Source: Lama glama
Taxonomy: Eukaryota
Reading direction: 5' to 3'
NCBI GenBank assembly: GCA_028534125.1
Contig: CM052817.1
Span: 75,518,001 to 75,582,000 of the forward strand
Length of the DNA: 64,000 nucleotides
Within the stretch, counting starts at the first letter, position 1, and each line of letters begins with the position of its first letter. Of the stretch, positions 12,992 through 27,800 are shown one piece after another. The notes beneath the pieces were generated by a model. It did no database searches and was not told the DNA's origin. It was given only the letters and a program-made list of their open reading frames with translations. Position numbers and translations under genes: made by a program.

Positions 12992-15310
12992 GTGAGTCAG
13001 GTCCATCATTTTTAACATATGAAGATTTTCTATCCAAAAAATCAAAAACAAAAACAAAAAACTGCCTTCAGTTAATCTAGAACTGAGAAAAATATCTAAA
13101 AATAGAAAGCATACAGAAACAGATCCAACTTCAAAAAGAAAAATATATACATAAATAAGAATTTGCACAAGTAAAATAGAACTTTGCAATATTATTTGTT
13201 AAGGCAATAAGATTGAAAATACCATATTTTAAAAATTACCATAAGCAACTAAGCAATATACAATACTTTTCAGGTGAAAGATTACTATCAAAATTCAGTT
13301 TTTAAGTGATTATATTATCATATTAATGGAAACATGATAATTCACACTAACTTGGACAGAAGCATTAATAAGACTGTAAATCAGAAATTGTAGCAATAAT
13401 ATATGAGAATCTTATTTTTCACAGCACTATACTGCCAAATTAAATCTTGGATGGAAATTGATGTTCCATTTGATTCTGTAATTATTGACTTGGCCATGAA
13501 CTTGCTACTCATTGAAGATAGTTATGAATGATTGCCCAGCTGTTGCTGGCAGGTAGAGGGGCTACAAAATGAGCAATAGTTTCAACTTTCTATTGAAGAT
13601 TCTCTGAGTGAATGAAGTAAAATTGGTAGTTTCTGGCATTTTACAGCTTACTTACAACTGTAAGAATTATGTTAAAGTTATAGATTTGTACAAAACGTGT
13701 GAATGCAACCTAGTATTTCCTAGCAGTATGCTTGTCTTTTCTGTAACATGGAGTGAAATTTAAACATTGCTGGAGGAGAAGGAATGAAATTCTGAATGTA
13801 AATGTATCCAATATATATTAGCAGCATAAGGTGTAAATTGGCTTACTTAGTTAAAACATATTTAAAATTTATTTTGACTTTAACTCCTAAGATTATTAAT
13901 TTGGCATAAATTTATGTAGTTATATTCTAGGATTAGTAGTGATTTTGCTGTAGCAGTAAAATTATCTTTCTGTGTGAAGTATTGAAACATTAGTGTATTT
14001 TTTCTCTACAAAACATTGGTATTATCTGTGAGAAACAAGACTTACAGTGTGAAAGAGTATAAGGTAAAATAATTAGGAAATGAACAATTTATTCATGCCA
14101 CCATTTTGTTACAGCAGGACAAAATATTTTACTTTCTCTTGAAATGTAGTGAGCGAAGAAGAATATACCTCACTTATAAATGATTTAGGTTTTAAGATAT
14201 ATAGGATTAGAGACTACAGTGTTCTTTTCTGTTACGTTAAAATCATGGAATTGAATATTGGCCTTATGGTTAGTTCTCCAATAAGGGTTGTCATTACTCT
14301 GTTGCATTTTCAGTAAGACTTATACTTAACTTTCACTTTCCCCAAAACAAGCCAGTTTCTAATTCTTGACGGAAGATTCTGAAGACAGAAGCAACTTACA
14401 CTTCTATCTGTTTATAATCCTGATTTGAATGATGTATTCACAAGTTGGCAGAGATACAGCCATATCGCCTGGTCTAGCTGATTATCATGTCTTAGCAAAT
14501 GAAGAGAGCCCTAGGGCATTAAGAACTCTCAACTATTAATATTGGTTTTGCCACAAGGCAGTTACATAAACTGACAGTTTGGCAGAGGCATGCCTCTTAG
14601 CATACTCATATACTGATTACCTCTGAAATATCATTAATATCGCTAAGTATTCAGTTACTCACAGTTCAATTTAAAAAGTCAGTCTTTATGGAAGCAAAAA
14701 AGTATAAACAGATTATCTTGATGCTAATATGACTTGTTACACTGCAGTTTATCAAATTGAACACTTTAAAGAAAAATAATGACAATATAGTAAAATGTGT
14801 GCCTTTTTTTTCTGAGAGTGTCAACTGCATATGGAATGTGCTTCCAAATTTTAGGCTTCAGAACTGTATAAGTTTTCTCACAAAAGTCATTTGGATATAG
14901 AGATCATTAAGATTTTTTAATTAATGTTAATTTTATTTGAACACTAAAAACAATGTTTTTCATTAAAAAATTTTAAAAACAGGAGAATATATTTTATAAA
15001 CAATGTATACCAATGTTATAATTGGTGCATTAAGAACACTTTTACTATATAATGTTAATATTTAATACTGCTTAAATATCAGTAATAAATGTGAAACAGA
15101 GGAGCTTGCTTTAATATTCAAAAGTTATTCTTTAAGGGCTCCATTTATTTATAATTTTCAAGAGTTACATGATTGATCACAATTATCTAAAAGATTATGG
15201 ATAATATTGGAATCAATCATATGAAGTAAATTTTTACCTAAGTTTTATCATGAATACATTTCATTTTCCATAGAGAAAATAATTTTCTCCCACAGCTTCT
15301 TTATTTTTAG

Positions 15311-15354
15311 GTCAGAACTTAATACTAAATTGAAAGACGAGATTTCTAAAACAA
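15311..15354 (+). other. Candidate 44-nt coding exon (SELNTKLKDEISKT)
   Basis: Acceptor cttctttatttttag|G and donor CAA|gtaagt; open only in the phase-2 frame; retained CpG. Confidence 0.35.
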
Positions 15355-15929
15355 GTAAGTGGGCAGTTACCCATCCAATAACCTGGTTGTAACATGTATC
15401 TGACTACATATTTAAATTCTACAACCTTGAATTAATGTTTTAGTTTGATAATTATAACAATATTATGTTTAAGCTTTTTTTTTTGCATCCTCCATGCCTA
15501 AAATTAAGCAACAGCAAGTGTGTAGAGAAAAGATTTTTAATTGTTCTGATTATTCTTGCTTTATATAAATTACCACAGATCTTGGGCTAAACATTCACAA
15601 TACCCTGTGATGCTTCTACTTTCTCTAATCAATTGTCTCTTTCAATCTCTGGGAATATTTTATATCTCCTTCATTCTTCACAAAACTCCAATACTACATT
15701 TGATACATGATTTTACCATGTATTTTAGTGAGAATGTATAAGCAAACAAAAGACAGGTCCTCGGCAGCATGTAGAACCTGTGCATGTAGACTCTATCTGC
15801 CCCCCTATTATAATTGCTCAAGTTTCCCTGATATGCAGTAGATCACATATCCTCTTGGTAATGGAGGACACTGCTCTCATAATGATGTTTCCGTTCTCCT
15901 TTATTGTAGTCTCCTTTCGTCTGCCCTTT

Positions 15930-16440
15930 TTCTTACACTCTAGTAATTTCTGTACTGTATACATACATCTCCCTGGAACCTATACCTCCATCAGATACCT
16001 CTTCATTAGTCTATTTTTAACAAAATTCCTCCAAAGAGTTGGGCATTATAACATTTCTCATTATTTACCTCCCTTTCTCTGCCTCTCTCTCCATGATATA
16101 TTTGAACTATTCTTCCACTGAAGCCCATATATTAAGTTTATCAACAGTTTTCATCATGGCCAATTGAAAGTCTAATACTTTTACATCAGGTTACTTCATC
16201 TCCTAAGAGCCTCACTGTCTCTTTTGCAAAATACTGTGCCTGGCTTCCTGACCATCGTGGTAACTTCATTTACTTTCCATTTGTTGGCTTCTTTGTTTCA
16301 GTTTCACTTGGCAGATCCTCCTTTTCTTTCTGATTTCAAAATATTTGTCACTCCAAATCTTAATACTCACCCTTTATTTTTTCTTTATCTATAATAAATC
16401 TCTATTGATGTATTAAGTTCAGTCACATTAAATGTCAACA
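15930..16440 (+). mobile_element. L2 LINE fragment
   Basis: C/T-rich L2 ORF2-like motifs, e.g. ttcttccactgaagcccatattaagtttatcaacagttttcatcatggccaa. Confidence 0.6.
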
Positions 16441-16444
16441 TAAC

Positions 16445-16820
16445 TTTTTAATAGCTTTGAGATATAATTCACATACCATATTATTTACCAACTTAAAATG
16501 GGTATGTCAGTGGCATATGTTCACAGAGTTGTGAAGCCATCATCAAATCAATTTTAGAAAATTTTTACCTCTCCAGAAAGAAACTTCAAACCCATTAGTA
16601 ATTGCTCCTCATTATTCCCTAGTCTCCTAAGTCCTAGATAACAACTGCTGTACCTTCTATCTCTATAGGCATATATTGTACACATCGTATGAATGGAATC
16701 ATATAACATGTGATCTTTTGTACCTGGCTTTTATGAATCATTTCACTTAGCTTAATGTTTTCAAGATTTATCCATGTTGTAGCTTGTTCTTTATAATTAT
16801 TCCTTTTTATGTCAATATTT
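16445..16820 (-). mobile_element. L1MA/MB-like 3' end
   Basis: tagctttgagatataattcacataccat...tggaatcatataacatgtgatcttttg...tcaagatttatccatgttgtagc. Confidence 0.8.
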
Positions 16821-17494
16821 TATTTTTTGCCTAAAACAATGCCTTAGATATGGATATGGTTAATAAATGTTAGATAAAGAAATTAATAAAATGAGAAGTA
16901 TAGGTTTGGTTATGTTATTTTAGTTCTCCAAGTCAGAAAATTAAGGCCAAACAATTTGCTATCTCAGAACCTCCAACAAGAGCAAAAGAACAATTGGAAA
17001 GGAACATAAAGATTAAGATAAAATGTGAAATCTGCAGAGTATTCCCAGACAGATCTCTTTGCTATTTGTTTGGTTCATATGGCTACACCATCAACATACT
17101 GTATTTCTCAAATAAGAGCCTTCTTCTGGAAAACTCATCACCATTCTAGGGCATTTATATTATCTTGACAACTTTAGTATCACTTCTTTGCTAGGCTCTT
17201 GGGTAAATTTTATAACCTCAAGAATAACCTTCCCTCCAGTTCTTCCAAATGTAGCATTTGCAGGCTCTACAAGCATCATTACCTTTGGTTACATGGCAAG
17301 GGTAGACACAGGCAGGCATGGCAGTCACTGGGCCGTTGAGCCATCAGTTTGGCAAAGACTGCAGCTGAGGAGGAAAGTCATCTTATGCTAAACATACACC
17401 CTCCTTGAAGATATTGTTATCTCATACCTGTTTTATCAGTAAAAATCATTTCACATTTAATTCCTGAGTTTATTAATCTTTATAGTTTTATAAT

Positions 17495-17705
17495 TTTTTA
17501 AATGTAAAGGGCCATATAGTAAATACTTTAGGCTTTGTGGATCATACAGTGCATGTCATAACTAATCAATTCTGTTACTGTAGTGCAAAAGCAGCCATAG
17601 ACAACTTATACATAAATGAGCATGACTGTCTTGCAATAAAACTCTATTTACAAAAGCAGATGTCAGGCTGCAATTGTCCTGAGGGTTGCAGTGTGCCAGC
17701 CTCTG
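17495..17705 (+). mobile_element. hAT-Charlie MITE, MER58A-like
   Basis: gtaaagggccatatagtaaatactttaggctttgtgg...aaaagcagccatagacaa...caataaaactctatttacaaaa. Confidence 0.85.
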
Positions 17706-18809
17706 CTCTACTTTATCATCAACTTCATAAAGATAAATACTGACTTGAGTCTCACTCCATCTGTCACTTCTTTCTTATCTCCTAAATCTTTCTACTTTCT
17801 CCTCCTGGTACATTACCAGAAAATTATCCTAAATTCTTCAACTCTTCTTTGCAGTATCCAAAACCTGACCCTCCTATATGGTGCCATTTCCAAGCATCCC
17901 TCTCAAATTCCCCATCCATCAACTCCCAGGAACACATAAAAACTTGTCATCAACAGAAAGTCTCCTAATCTCAAAATCACAAACCATAGCTTACTGCTTT
18001 CTAAACACAACCTCCTGTCTTTCTGTGTTTTTTTTCTCCTATGACTTGAAATATTTCTATAATTTATAAAATCTAGACTCTAATTCATTGGATATATTCC
18101 ACCCTGTCAAGTAGCTCTAATACTTCACTCATCTTCTTTCTGATACTCATTTCTGTATTCTGTAGCTGGGATTACCATGTCACATTTTTATGTTCACTAA
18201 GCTGTCTTCTCCCTCTGTGTTTTGTTGCATGTGTCTCTCAAAGCGTTATACTCCAGAGGAGCCTCCCTGTATTTCTTTCCCTTGCGCCTGAGCAGGGGTG
18301 TCTTGCTGAAAAGAATCACACAGAAGCAAGAGGAAAGTCACTCTAAAATCATAATTTAGTGTCTTAATTGAACTTTCAACAGCTCCTGGGAAATATATTA
18401 TTGTGTATGCAAAAACCTCTACTATAGTCTTAAAATGTGCCAAGCCTTTCTCACATTCTTGAAACCTCAAAACCTTCACCCCTGTTATTTCCCTTTCTCC
18501 AGTTAGAAGGTCTGATTTCCTACTGCCAAATCCAAGTTCATAAATGTGTGAAACTACTTTTGTTGGATTCACTCTATTTCTTCTGTTCCACAACTATATT
18601 GAAAGATAGGTCTCTGGCATGAAGGCCAAACCTTTCTCCAGTCCTTTGAATGCCACCTCTTCTAATTATACTTTATTAATTAAAAATAAAAAAATAATTA
18701 CTCCAGAATTCAACATTTAGAAAGTATATATCCCTTTGTTTTTGATCTCCCATTAATCTTCCTTTGTCTTCACATCCAAATCTACAGAATTGTCTGTATA
18801 ACTCTAGTA

Positions 18810-19310
18810 TGTATTGCTTGCCTGACTGATATCCATCATTCTGTTAATAAGAACACTGAAATTTTCCTTGGGGAATCACGGTTCCTCTACCCTGATTAAC
18901 GTGGTTCACATGGAGTTGATTTTTTTCGTTGGCTTCAGAGTTGAAAAGGTGAACAAAACCTGACTGATCAAAGCATTGTATACTCTTCACAATATTTGGT
19001 TTAAAATGACTACCTGTCTCAATCAGAGACTTTCAAAACTAACAATGGGTATGTACTGGAGTTAAAAAGACACTTTCTGTTTTCTTACCACACCTTGAAC
19101 TTCGGAGAATGTAGGACCTGGACCACTTGTCCTGGCTATGAAAAAATTAAGTGATAGTAAAGGAGAGTGGAACCAAAATTAGAGAAAGATAGGCATCTGA
19201 TCTCATAATTTGAAAGCCTAAATTGAACTTTACCAAAACAGTCAGTACATTTTTAGTAATATTAGTAAATAGACAACCATTTTTATTAGTTTGAATTGTG
19301 TACAGGTTAC
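18810..19310 (+). mobile_element. Old ERVL LTR, LTR16-like
   Basis: tttccttggggaatcacggttcctctaccctg...cacatggagttga...cctgactgatcaaagcatt resembles recalled LTR16 family sequence. Confidence 0.5.
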
Positions 19311-19844
19311 TTAGATACTTCTAAATGTACTTGTAATTGCTTTGTCATTTACTTACTTTACTCATACTCCAATGTAGCGATCATTTATTATTTTAATAAA
19401 GTAACTCCTGCTGTGCTTTCTAAGACTACTACATGACCAAATCCAGTAGACCTTACCTTTTTTCACTTAACCTCTTAGCATCATTTGGAAGTGCTTAACA
19501 CTTCCTTCTTCTTGATATGACATGGGATAATTATGGAAACAGACTGTACATGTCTTTTGTAATAATGTAAGACTGCCTCCTGAGTTTTAAGACTTTCTGA
19601 AGGAGGTTCCAACAGAGATCTCTGAGATGTTTACTCTTTGGTTCAACAACAAAAAAATATTTTTCCAAGGTGCCAGCTGTCTGTTATTACTCATGCATAA
19701 ACTGGTTTAGTAATGTGAAAAACATGTACATTTTTCATTTACTATATTAACTTCATACTTTAATTTTGATCAGCTTATCTGATATATTTTTTAATGTCAG
19801 GGTATTACAAATTATATAAGAAATAAATAGACATATTTCCATAG

Positions 19845-19877
19845 ATCTTTTGGACAATTTTCATGACTTTAGCATCA
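19845..19877 (+). other. Candidate 33-nt exon (LLDNFHDFSI)
   Basis: Acceptor catatttccatag| and donor |gtgagt; symmetric phase 1-1, open and in frame with the 44-nt candidate. Confidence 0.22.
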
Positions 19878-19964
19878 GTGAGTAGATAGCTTGAGTCTGG
19901 GAATGTTTTTCCTTCACGTCCAGGTTATGCAATGGAATCAACCTAAATATCTATTGATTTAGCT

Positions 19965-20485
19965 TTATAAAAGAAATAAATCTTGCCATTTGTGACCTGG
20001 AGGATGTTATGCTAAGTGAAATAAGCCAGATACAGAAGGACAAATACTATGTGATCCCACATGTATGAGGAATCTAAAATAATCAAATTCATAGAAGCAG
20101 AGAGTACAGTGACAGTTGCCAGGCCATGGGGACAGGAGAAAATTTGGAGGCATTGGTCAAACACTACAACATTTCAGCTACGCAAAATGAATACTTTCTT
20201 GAGATCTACTATGCAGTATAGTAACTACAGTTAACAACACTTAACTATACTTAAAATATTGCTAAGAGTGTAGATTTTATGTTGTGTCAATATTTCCCCC
20301 CCACACACACACAGCTAACAAGAATAGGAGGAAACATTTGGAGGTGCTGGATATATTTGTGGCATTGATCGTGGTGATGGTTTCAATTATGTTCAGACTC
20401 ATCAAATTGTGTGTATATAGTAAACTCATCAGGTTATATACAGCTTTTTGTATGTGAATCATATTTCAGTAAATTAGTTTAAAAA
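19965..20485 (+). mobile_element. L1MA-type 3' end
   Basis: cttgccatttgtgacctggaggatgttatgctaagtgaaataagccagatacagaaggacaaatact... Confidence 0.85.
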
Positions 20486-22119
20486 TCTGTTGATACTAGT
20501 GTTTGCAGTGAATCTTATGTAGTTATAAATTATTTTGATGCAAGAAGTGAATATAATTTTTAAAAGTTTTGATCCATAAAAAAAATATGTGAGTCTAGAT
20601 TATGAGACATTTCTACAAATCTTAGTAAAGAACACAAGTTCTGAAGAAGACTGAATAGTTTAATATTGCAAGGAATGTAATATCCTGCCAAGAATTCACA
20701 CTGAAATTTATAGAGGAACAGATTTTGTGAAATCATTAAATGCTATTCATTCTGTGTGATGATGTTTTTGTATTGGATTTATTGTGTATAAAGTGATTCC
20801 GTATGCTAATTTAAATGGATGAAAGTTCTGCCATGGAATCTTTATGCATATGTACGTGAATATTTCCTTATGTTGTGCTTGGATGTACTCCAATCTCATC
20901 CAAGAGTGAAAAATGAACTTTGGGTGAAATTAGAACTGCTACCAAAATACTGATTCCATCAGATATGAAAATTTTTACATATGCCTTGAGTAAAGTGAGC
21001 AAGAAATTTGTAGACTTGAAAAATGTTAGCTCATTCACAAAAATAAAGAAACACACATTGCGTGTTTGGCATTACGTAGATAATATTTTATGGGAGGGTG
21101 CAGCCATAAGCTGGCATTTGAATGTTAATGTTTCTAAATTTTTCAACAGCTTTGTAGTTTGAACATATATAGTTTGATGTGACACTAAATCACAAGATGT
21201 AAGAAATATGTTATACTATATATGATAAACAAAAAGGAAAAATTGGATTGTTTAAATTATGAAGAACATTTTATGAAGCTCTTGTGTGTGAGTAGCACTA
21301 GTAGGTTCTCAATGATGTAAAGCTTAAATGAAAAATGTAAAACATAAATTACTTTACACCAGACTACTGTGTTATATCATCCATTTCATCCTGTTTAACA
21401 TTCATGTCAGATTATTTTTTCATATTAAATATTATCTTTAATTTATACTTATCAAAAATTAGATTTACGAATGTTATTCATTGATATAATTTACTCTAAG
21501 CTTACCAAGTACTTTGTTTTCTATTGTTACAATATTTCCATGCAAGAAAATATTATGGTTTGCAAAGCAGATCCAATTGAATATGTCAATAATTTTATAT
21601 ATCTTATTCATAAAATATAAGTTTTAAAAATACCTGGTAATTTTATTAGAGAATAAAAATATAATCATATTAGGCAAATACATTCTACAGAAAAAAAATA
21701 GTAGTGTAGTTTTAGAACATTATGTAGTAAAATTTATAATAGTTCATTAAATTGCACTAAGAATAACTTTTCTGTTCATGATATAATTTAGGATTTCCCT
21801 AGCAAGTATGTTGTATAAAAACATTTAAAAATACATAAACATAAGTTGCTTTTATTTCTTAGAATATATCTTACTGGTAAAATAGTTTAAATTTACCAAT
21901 ATAATGAGACAAATGTGTTAGCCTTCAAATAAATGTTTTAAAACTGGATTTACTGTAATTTATTCTAGTGACAGTTTTACCATTTCAGTGTCTCAGTCTT
22001 GGCATTAAGTTATATGACTACTTGTTTCATAGTTGTTTTGGTCACTAAAATTAACTGTTAAATTTGGTGTAGACTGAACATGTATTATTTACCCTTGTAC
22101 CAAATCTCTGAAATAGCAT

Positions 22120-23605
22120 GAATTATAAAATAGAAACATACAAAACTATAACTGCATAAAATAACTAGATATCTTATTTTATTAGACATTGTAAGAAGTA
22201 TCTAAAAGACAGCAAAGGATTGGCTTGAGGCATGATATCACATCCAGTATGTTTACAGACATATGCTGGAAATCATGCTTCACATTTGCCATGTTTCTAA
22301 AGGTGGTGGGTATCAATAGGAGGAACAGACACATTTTCAGCAAAGATATGTGATAGTGGGTACTCATGACTGACCCTATAGCTCTCAACAGTCTAGCAGT
22401 TCTTCAGAAAATTAAACATGTATTTACTATACGACCTTTCAATTGTATTACTGGGTAGTTGCCCAAGATGAAAAAGGACACGGTCTGAACACACACTTGA
22501 ACAAAATTGTTCATAGTAATTTAACTAATAATAGTTCAAAATGGAAAACAAGCTAAATGTCTGGGTAAACTCATTTTATTATATCTCTGCAATATGGATC
22601 TATCAAAAAGGAAAGAAATACTGTTGTACAAAACATGAAAGAGCCTGGAACACGTTATGCTGAGAGAAATGATGCTCGGGGAAATATGTACTAAGTGCTT
22701 CCACTTATTGAGAACTCTAGTGATGAAAATATAATCTATACATAGAAAAAAGATTATTATTTGACTGAGTTAGGGGTGGAGTGAGAGAAATTAAGAAGGA
22801 GAATAGCAGAATGTTTTAGATTGATGGAAATGTTCTATATCTTGTTTGTGTTGGCAGTTAGGTGTATATCTTTATTAAAAATTCATTAAATTGTACGATT
22901 AAAATAAAAGTTGCTAACTGGATGGGCTACAGAACAGAATCAACAAAGTTTAGAAATAAACTTGTGACAAAAAAGAACAGTAAGTACCAGGTCACAGAAG
23001 AATGACTACAGCATAACATGGTTAAATTAGAGTTTTTTACTTTGAAGAAACCTTGCAGATGTCACCTAAACCAAGTGATCAGATTCTTATCACCAATAAT
23101 GTCATATTGATATTTCATATCCTTTCATATAATATCAGAAAGTCACTTCACACCTGTGATTTTTCTCCCCCAAAATTCATGCTCCCAGACTAATCATGAG
23201 AAAACATCAAACATATGGTATTTTACAAAATACCTGGCCATATCATTAGTCATGGTTCTCATCATAGGCAGATGCTACCTATTTCAAAAATAAAGAACAG
23301 ACTAAGGAACTGCTAAAAAAAAAAAAAAAACCCGAAGTAAAAAGACACGACAACTAAATGTAACATGGCATCCAGGGTTATATTCAGGATCAGAAAAAGG
23401 ATATTGGTGGAAATACTGGTGAAATGTTTAAAGTCTAAGGGTTATTTAATAGTATTGTGTCAATGCTAACTTCATAATGTTTATAATTTTACCATGGTTG
23501 CATAAATGTTAACATTATAGGAAGGTGGCTAAAGGATATGTGGAAATTCTATACACTATCTTTTAAACTCTTTTTGTAAATCTTAATTATTTCAAAGTAA
23601 AAAAT
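22120..23605 (+). mobile_element. L1ME/L1MC4-like 3' fragments
   Basis: gcagttcttcagaaaattaaacatg, gatggaaatgttctatatcttg, caactaaatgtaacatggcatcc...gatcagaaaaaggatattggtgg. Confidence 0.7.
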
Positions 23606-23639
23606 TACAACAATCACCAATTTTTCACACTTGTGAGAA

Positions 23640-23880
23640 AGAGAGCAATTTGTAACTCTGTTTTTCACAAAACCCTATTTCAGTTTCCTGCTTTATTTTT
23701 CTCCATAGTATAAAAGGGCCATCTTGGCAATATGCCGTCTTGATTTTCTTACTTATTTTGTGCATTGTCTGTCTTGCCTCTTTTAGAATTTTGTAAGCTC
23801 CGTAACTGTAGGATTTTGTCAGTTCACTTGACTATGATACTCACTCTATCTAGAGTTTAATAAATGTTTGTCAACTTTGA
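23640..23880 (+). mobile_element. L2 3' end
   Basis: tttattttctccatag...attgtctgtcttgcctcttttagaattttgtaagctcc...ttaataaatgtttg. Confidence 0.6.
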
Positions 23881-24829
23881 TTATTCAAATTAAGCATTCT
23901 ATACTTTAGAAATACATTTTGCATTTAACTATTTCAATCCTTATTATTTTGAGGTGAAAAAAAGTTATGTATGTTGCAAAGTCCTAGTCACATTTCCACA
24001 ACACACTCTACAATGCACAGGATATATATAGTCACAATTTCCCAGACAAAATAAATAAATTTACTCAATTTTAATTTTTTACGTTGAATATTAGTCATTT
24101 CTGGCCAAAAAAATAGGATATCATTACTCATGGTTCTAATTTCAGTCAGATTCTGTCTGTTTCAAACAGTTAACCATGTTTTTCTTGGTTTAAATGATTA
24201 TAATAATTAGATAATAAAATGTCACATAGTGAATAATAAGAGTAGTTGATAATCCTAGAATATGTATCATTTAGAGTAATTCTAGCCTCATTATTATGAA
24301 AATCCAATCCCTTTAAAATTATAGTCTAAAATGTTATGTATATATGTATATATTGTGTTTTTTGCTAGGACTTTGACACATTTGTTTCTGGAATTTTTTA
24401 ATCTTCATATGACAGCCAAATATAACATTTTTTTGTTAAAACTTATGAAATTTTGTTGTCTACACAAATCTTTGACTTTTCACCCATACTTCCTTAAAAT
24501 TAATTATGTTTGTTCTTGTTTTAGAACATTTGATGGATTATGTAGCTATGATTGTGTCTGGATACTGAATGTTAAAGTTTATAAAATTGTCTCCTCTATT
24601 AATTTAGTGGTAAATCAAATTAGTTAGGAATGACAGAAATAAAATGAGAAACAAGACTCCAACATAAAGTAAATATTATTTAAATTGGTTTCACTGTTGG
24701 AAAATTTTACTTAATTTCCTCAACAATTATTTTACATGTAGAATAGCAAGAAACTTAGTTAACACCTAATAAGGAAGAATTAAAATATTAGGAGTGGTTT
24801 TAAAAATTTCTGAATATGCTATATATAAA

Positions 24830-27800
24830 TATAATTTTATTTTGAAATAATTTTAAGCTTATAGAGACATTGCAAAATATTAAAAGGAAGTTTTCATTTA
24901 GTCCTTAGCCAGTGCCCCTAATGTCAATATCTTATATAGCAATTGTGCAATTACAAAAAGTAAAAACTAAGAAATTAACACTAGTACAGTAATATTGTCT
25001 AAACTATATATGTTATTAGGATTTCACCGGTTTTTCCACTAATACCATTCTTTTGACGTTGGATGGCAAGATCTGGACTGCAAGATCTGGGTTGCAAGAT
25101 CCAATTCAGCAGTCTACTTTGTTTTCATTGTTTTATCTTCTCAATATCCTCCAATCTATAACAGTTCCTCAGACTTTCCTTGTCTTTTATGACATTGACA
25201 CTTTTCAAAGGTACTTGTCAACATTGTGTACTTGACATTGTTCCTCAATATCTGATGTTTTCTCATGATTAAATTTGAAGTTGTATATTTTGGAAGTAAT
25301 ACCATAAAGGTGATGTACAATTTTCAATACATCATACCGGAAAAAACATTATTTCAATATCTCTTCTTACTGGTAACATAAACTTTGATCACTTAGTTTA
25401 GGTATTATCTGATGTTTTTATTCACTTCACCTATTTTTTCATTTTGTAATCAATACATATTTGGGGGGAAGATATCTTGAGACCTGTGAGAAACAAATTT
25501 ACCAAAGTATGATGTTTATATACAGTTCTTTTAGTCTTTAACTGTAAACTATTTACTGAAGTTATTTAGGTCAACTCTTTTCTTTACTTCCTCAAGCACT
25601 ATTATGTAATTCATTTGTAACACAGATAAATTTATCAGTCTGCATTACATCTTGAATTCCCTGCACATCATGATTAAAGAATTCAAATCCATGTACACTC
25701 GCAGTTCCCTCTGTGTGTTGTGTACTTCTATAGGTTTTGACAAATGCAAATAGTGATTTATCTACCACCATGTTAATATACAGCATAGTTTTGTCAACTC
25801 AAAGTTTCTTTAAAGCTGTCCCTTTTAGTCAGTCCCATCACTTCCTCCAACTCCTGGTAATCACTGATTTCTTTTCCATTTCTTTTGTCTTTTCTAGAAT
25901 ATTGCATACATCTAATCATACAGTAAGTTGTCTTATCTGTTTACTTTAACAAAGTGCATTTAATATAATGGATGTGTGAATTAATAGTTTGCTTCTGTTT
26001 ATTGCTAACTGTTATGATTCCATTGCTTGGAGGTACTACAGTTGACACATAGATGTCATATTTTGATGATTATGAGCAAAGCTTCTATAAATATTCATGG
26101 ACTTTTTTGTGTGTGAACATAAGTGTTCATATTACTTGGGCTAATACTTTGGAGAGGGATTTTAGTAATACATAGTAGGTGTATATCTAATTTTATAAGA
26201 AAGAGTTTTGAGAGTAGTTATGACATTTTATATTCTCGCCAGCAATGAATAAATGTTGCAGTTGCTTTATATCCGTAACAGTACTGATAGTGTCAGGTTT
26301 GATGATTTTGTTATTCTACTAAGTGTGTAGTGACACCTCATTATGGTTGTAATTTGCATTTCTCTAATGTTGAAAGGTGCTTAGCACCATTTCATATGCC
26401 TATTTGCCATTCATATTTCTTCATCATTAATTTGTTTGCTCAGATCTGCTGCTCATTTTTAATTTGATTGCTTGCTTTTTTTTCAGTATGTTTTTCTCTA
26501 TGTGTTATGGATATTAGTCTTTATTAGACATGTGCTTTGGAAATACTCTTGATCTGTATTTTTTTCAGCATTCTCTTAACATTTTTCACAGAGTAGAACT
26601 TTTGAATTTTGATAAAGTCAAATTGTCATTTTTTAAGTATTATGCTTTTTATGTCAGATCATAAAGTCTTTGCCAAACTCAAGATCACACAGAGTTTCAC
26701 CTAAGTTTTAGAAGTTTTGTAGTTGAAAATTCGATATTTATATCTAGAAAATGATCCATTTAATGATAATTTTTGAATAAAGTGTGAGGAATGTGTGCAG
26801 CTTTCTTTATATGTATTGAAGCCTATTTTTTTTACTTTTTGAAAGTTTCTGAACTTTTTTGAAAAGACTATCCTTTGTTGAGTTGTATTTTCACCTTTGT
26901 CAAAAACCACATAAATATATTGTGTGCTGTCTGTATATGAAGCTTCTATCTTATTCCATTGATTTGTATGTCTGTCCTTTCAACAATACCACATTCTCTT
27001 GATGCCATATGAATACCATAGTTTTCTTTTTTGTAAGTTGTGATGTAGTTAGGATGGGTTCCACTCGTGTGCTTTTTTTTTGTCCAAATTATTTTAGCTG
27101 TTCTATTCCTGTCATCTTCGCATATAAATTTTGAAATCAGTTTGTCAGGATCTACAAAACCTAATTTTATCTCAGAATGCATTGAAGGCTATAGATCCAA
27201 CTGTGGAGAACTGATATCCTGGCAATACTGAGTCTTCCAATCCATAGCATGATATATCTTTTAATTTATATAGATTTTCTCTGACTTCTTTCATCAGTGG
27301 TTTTAGGTTCATTATACATATCTTATATATGTATTCTTTTAGGTTTGTATCTAAGTATTTTATGTTTTGATGCTAATATAAGTGATATTTTAATTCAAAT
27401 TTCAATTGTTTGTTGTTATTGTAAGTAATGGCCATAATTTTTGTGTACTGACATTTTAACCAGCAGTCATTCTCATGTCACATTGATTTTGCTGTGAATT
27501 TTATTTTCTTTCTTTGGCTGACTTTGGGTTTAATTTGATCCTTTTTATAGTTTCTTAAGGTAAAAGTTTATATTGATTTGAAGCCTTCCTTTTTATAAAA
27601 TGATATAAATATTTTCTGTTTATGTTTTTTAATCGTAGTTTTGCCTTCAACCTCATATTTCAGTGATATAGTTTCACTTTCATTTAGTTAAAAGTATTTT
27701 TGTCTTCCTGTCACATTTCCTTTTTGACCCATTAAATTAATTATAAGTGAGTTTTATTTCCAAATGCTTAGAAATTTTCTAGATATCTTTTTGTCATTGA

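Noticed and set aside
14400..14510. Minus-strand exon between ccctag and gtaagt
   Set aside because: Stop codons in all three frames; could only be non-coding and has no other support.
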